A stretch of 62,746 bases of DNA, counting the filler, from Choristocarpus tenellus KU-1152 (Eukaryota; Protista; Phaeophyceae): the NCBI GenBank assembly GCA_964200185.2. It is 7 parts of 7 records of this genome, joined end to end, with 100 filler letters (N's around TTAATTAATTAA, not from the genome) between each part and the next. Parts side by side here need not be neighbours in the genome. Positions count along the whole stretch, not along the records: positions 59,110 to 62,746 come from CAXNAD020018810.1; 6 more parts are not named here. One strand, written 5' to 3'. How positions within the stretch are numbered: position 1 is the stretch's first letter; each line of letters begins with the position of its first letter. The notes beneath the pieces were generated by a model. It searched no databases. It had not been told where the DNA came from and saw only the letters and a program-made list of their open reading frames with translations. Positions 62,226-62,746 of the stretch are shown in pieces. Both the position numbers and the translations under genes were made by a program.

Positions 62226-62722
62226 GGGTCAAAGTATCTGGGGGGGAGGTGCCGGCGTCCGTTTTTGACGCTGGCTTAACGTATGTAGGGGGGGTGGCAG
62301 CTGTTCATTTGGGACCAATTGTTTCATGTCGCGATTTTTGGGTGATTTGATTCAATATGTCGAATAACCTAGTGTTATCCTTACGTTATCTGTGCTGATC
62401 CAAGTAAACAACATAGCTTATATGTACGTTGATCTTTAGTTTAAGTACAATACAAGGTAGTAACGTACACAGCGGTATGTTATGGTGAGTTAGTGGGACA
62501 TTAGTGGGACAATAGTATCAAGTAGACAATACCCTACAGATAATTGATAATTCAGTGTATGCTTTACCATGTAATTCAACTGCTAGCTTCCGGCGACAAG
62601 CCTTATGTGCGCCAAGCTTTTCAACACCATACGTTGGATGGATAATGAAAGTGCAATTTTTCTGGTTTTGGTCCAAATGGACACTCTGGTGTAGCCCCCC
62701 CCCCCCCCAGATACTTTGGGTC
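62226..62722. mobile_element. MITE family A (doubled terminus) interrupted by solo LTR
   Basis: GGGTCAAAGTATCTGGGG...CAGATACTTTGGGTC; flanks CCAT/CAAT. Confidence 0.85.
62358..62626 (+). mobile_element. Solo LTR of the Copia family seen at 48112-48374, inserted in a MITE
   Basis: TGTCGAATA...TTTTCAACA, colinear with the 48-kb LTR; 5-bp TSD CAATA (62353-62357) / CCATA (62627-62631). Confidence 0.85.
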
Positions 62723-62746
62723 CAATTCCAAGAAATCCTCAGGTAG

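Overview
Eukaryotic, intron-rich nuclear DNA from a flagellate-producing, probably photosynthetic stramenopile (brown-alga-like; this is an inference from gene set, TE types and intron style). The window is seven contigs joined by six identical 100-bp artificial spacers (N44-TTAATTAATTAA-N44), so adjacency across gaps is not guaranteed. Genes reconstructed by hand from splice sites and exon phase: partial axonemal dynein heavy chain (-), TPR protein (+), VPS45 (-), RPS29 (+), partial NRDE2 (+), a putative N-myristoylated degenerate EF-hand protein (-), partial DnaJ protein (+), partial CRTISO-like FAD oxidoreductase (-), and a long-tailed MAP kinase with a TEH activation loop (+). Mobile DNA: RTE LINE, two RLE-type non-LTR fragments, a DD39D-type mariner relic, a Copia relic plus a related solo LTR, a Gypsy relic, and at least 13 copies of two related MITE families. 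Most notable: a ~190-bp Rickettsia-like cysteinyl-tRNA synthetase fragment inside a MAPK intron, the unclassified MITE pair with 3/4-bp target duplications, a ~1.07-kb TIR-bounded insert carrying a long hairpin and an orphan ORF, and the TEH MAPK. No complete novel multi-gene system is evident. All homology calls come from motif recognition, not database searches, and exon boundaries were read by eye.
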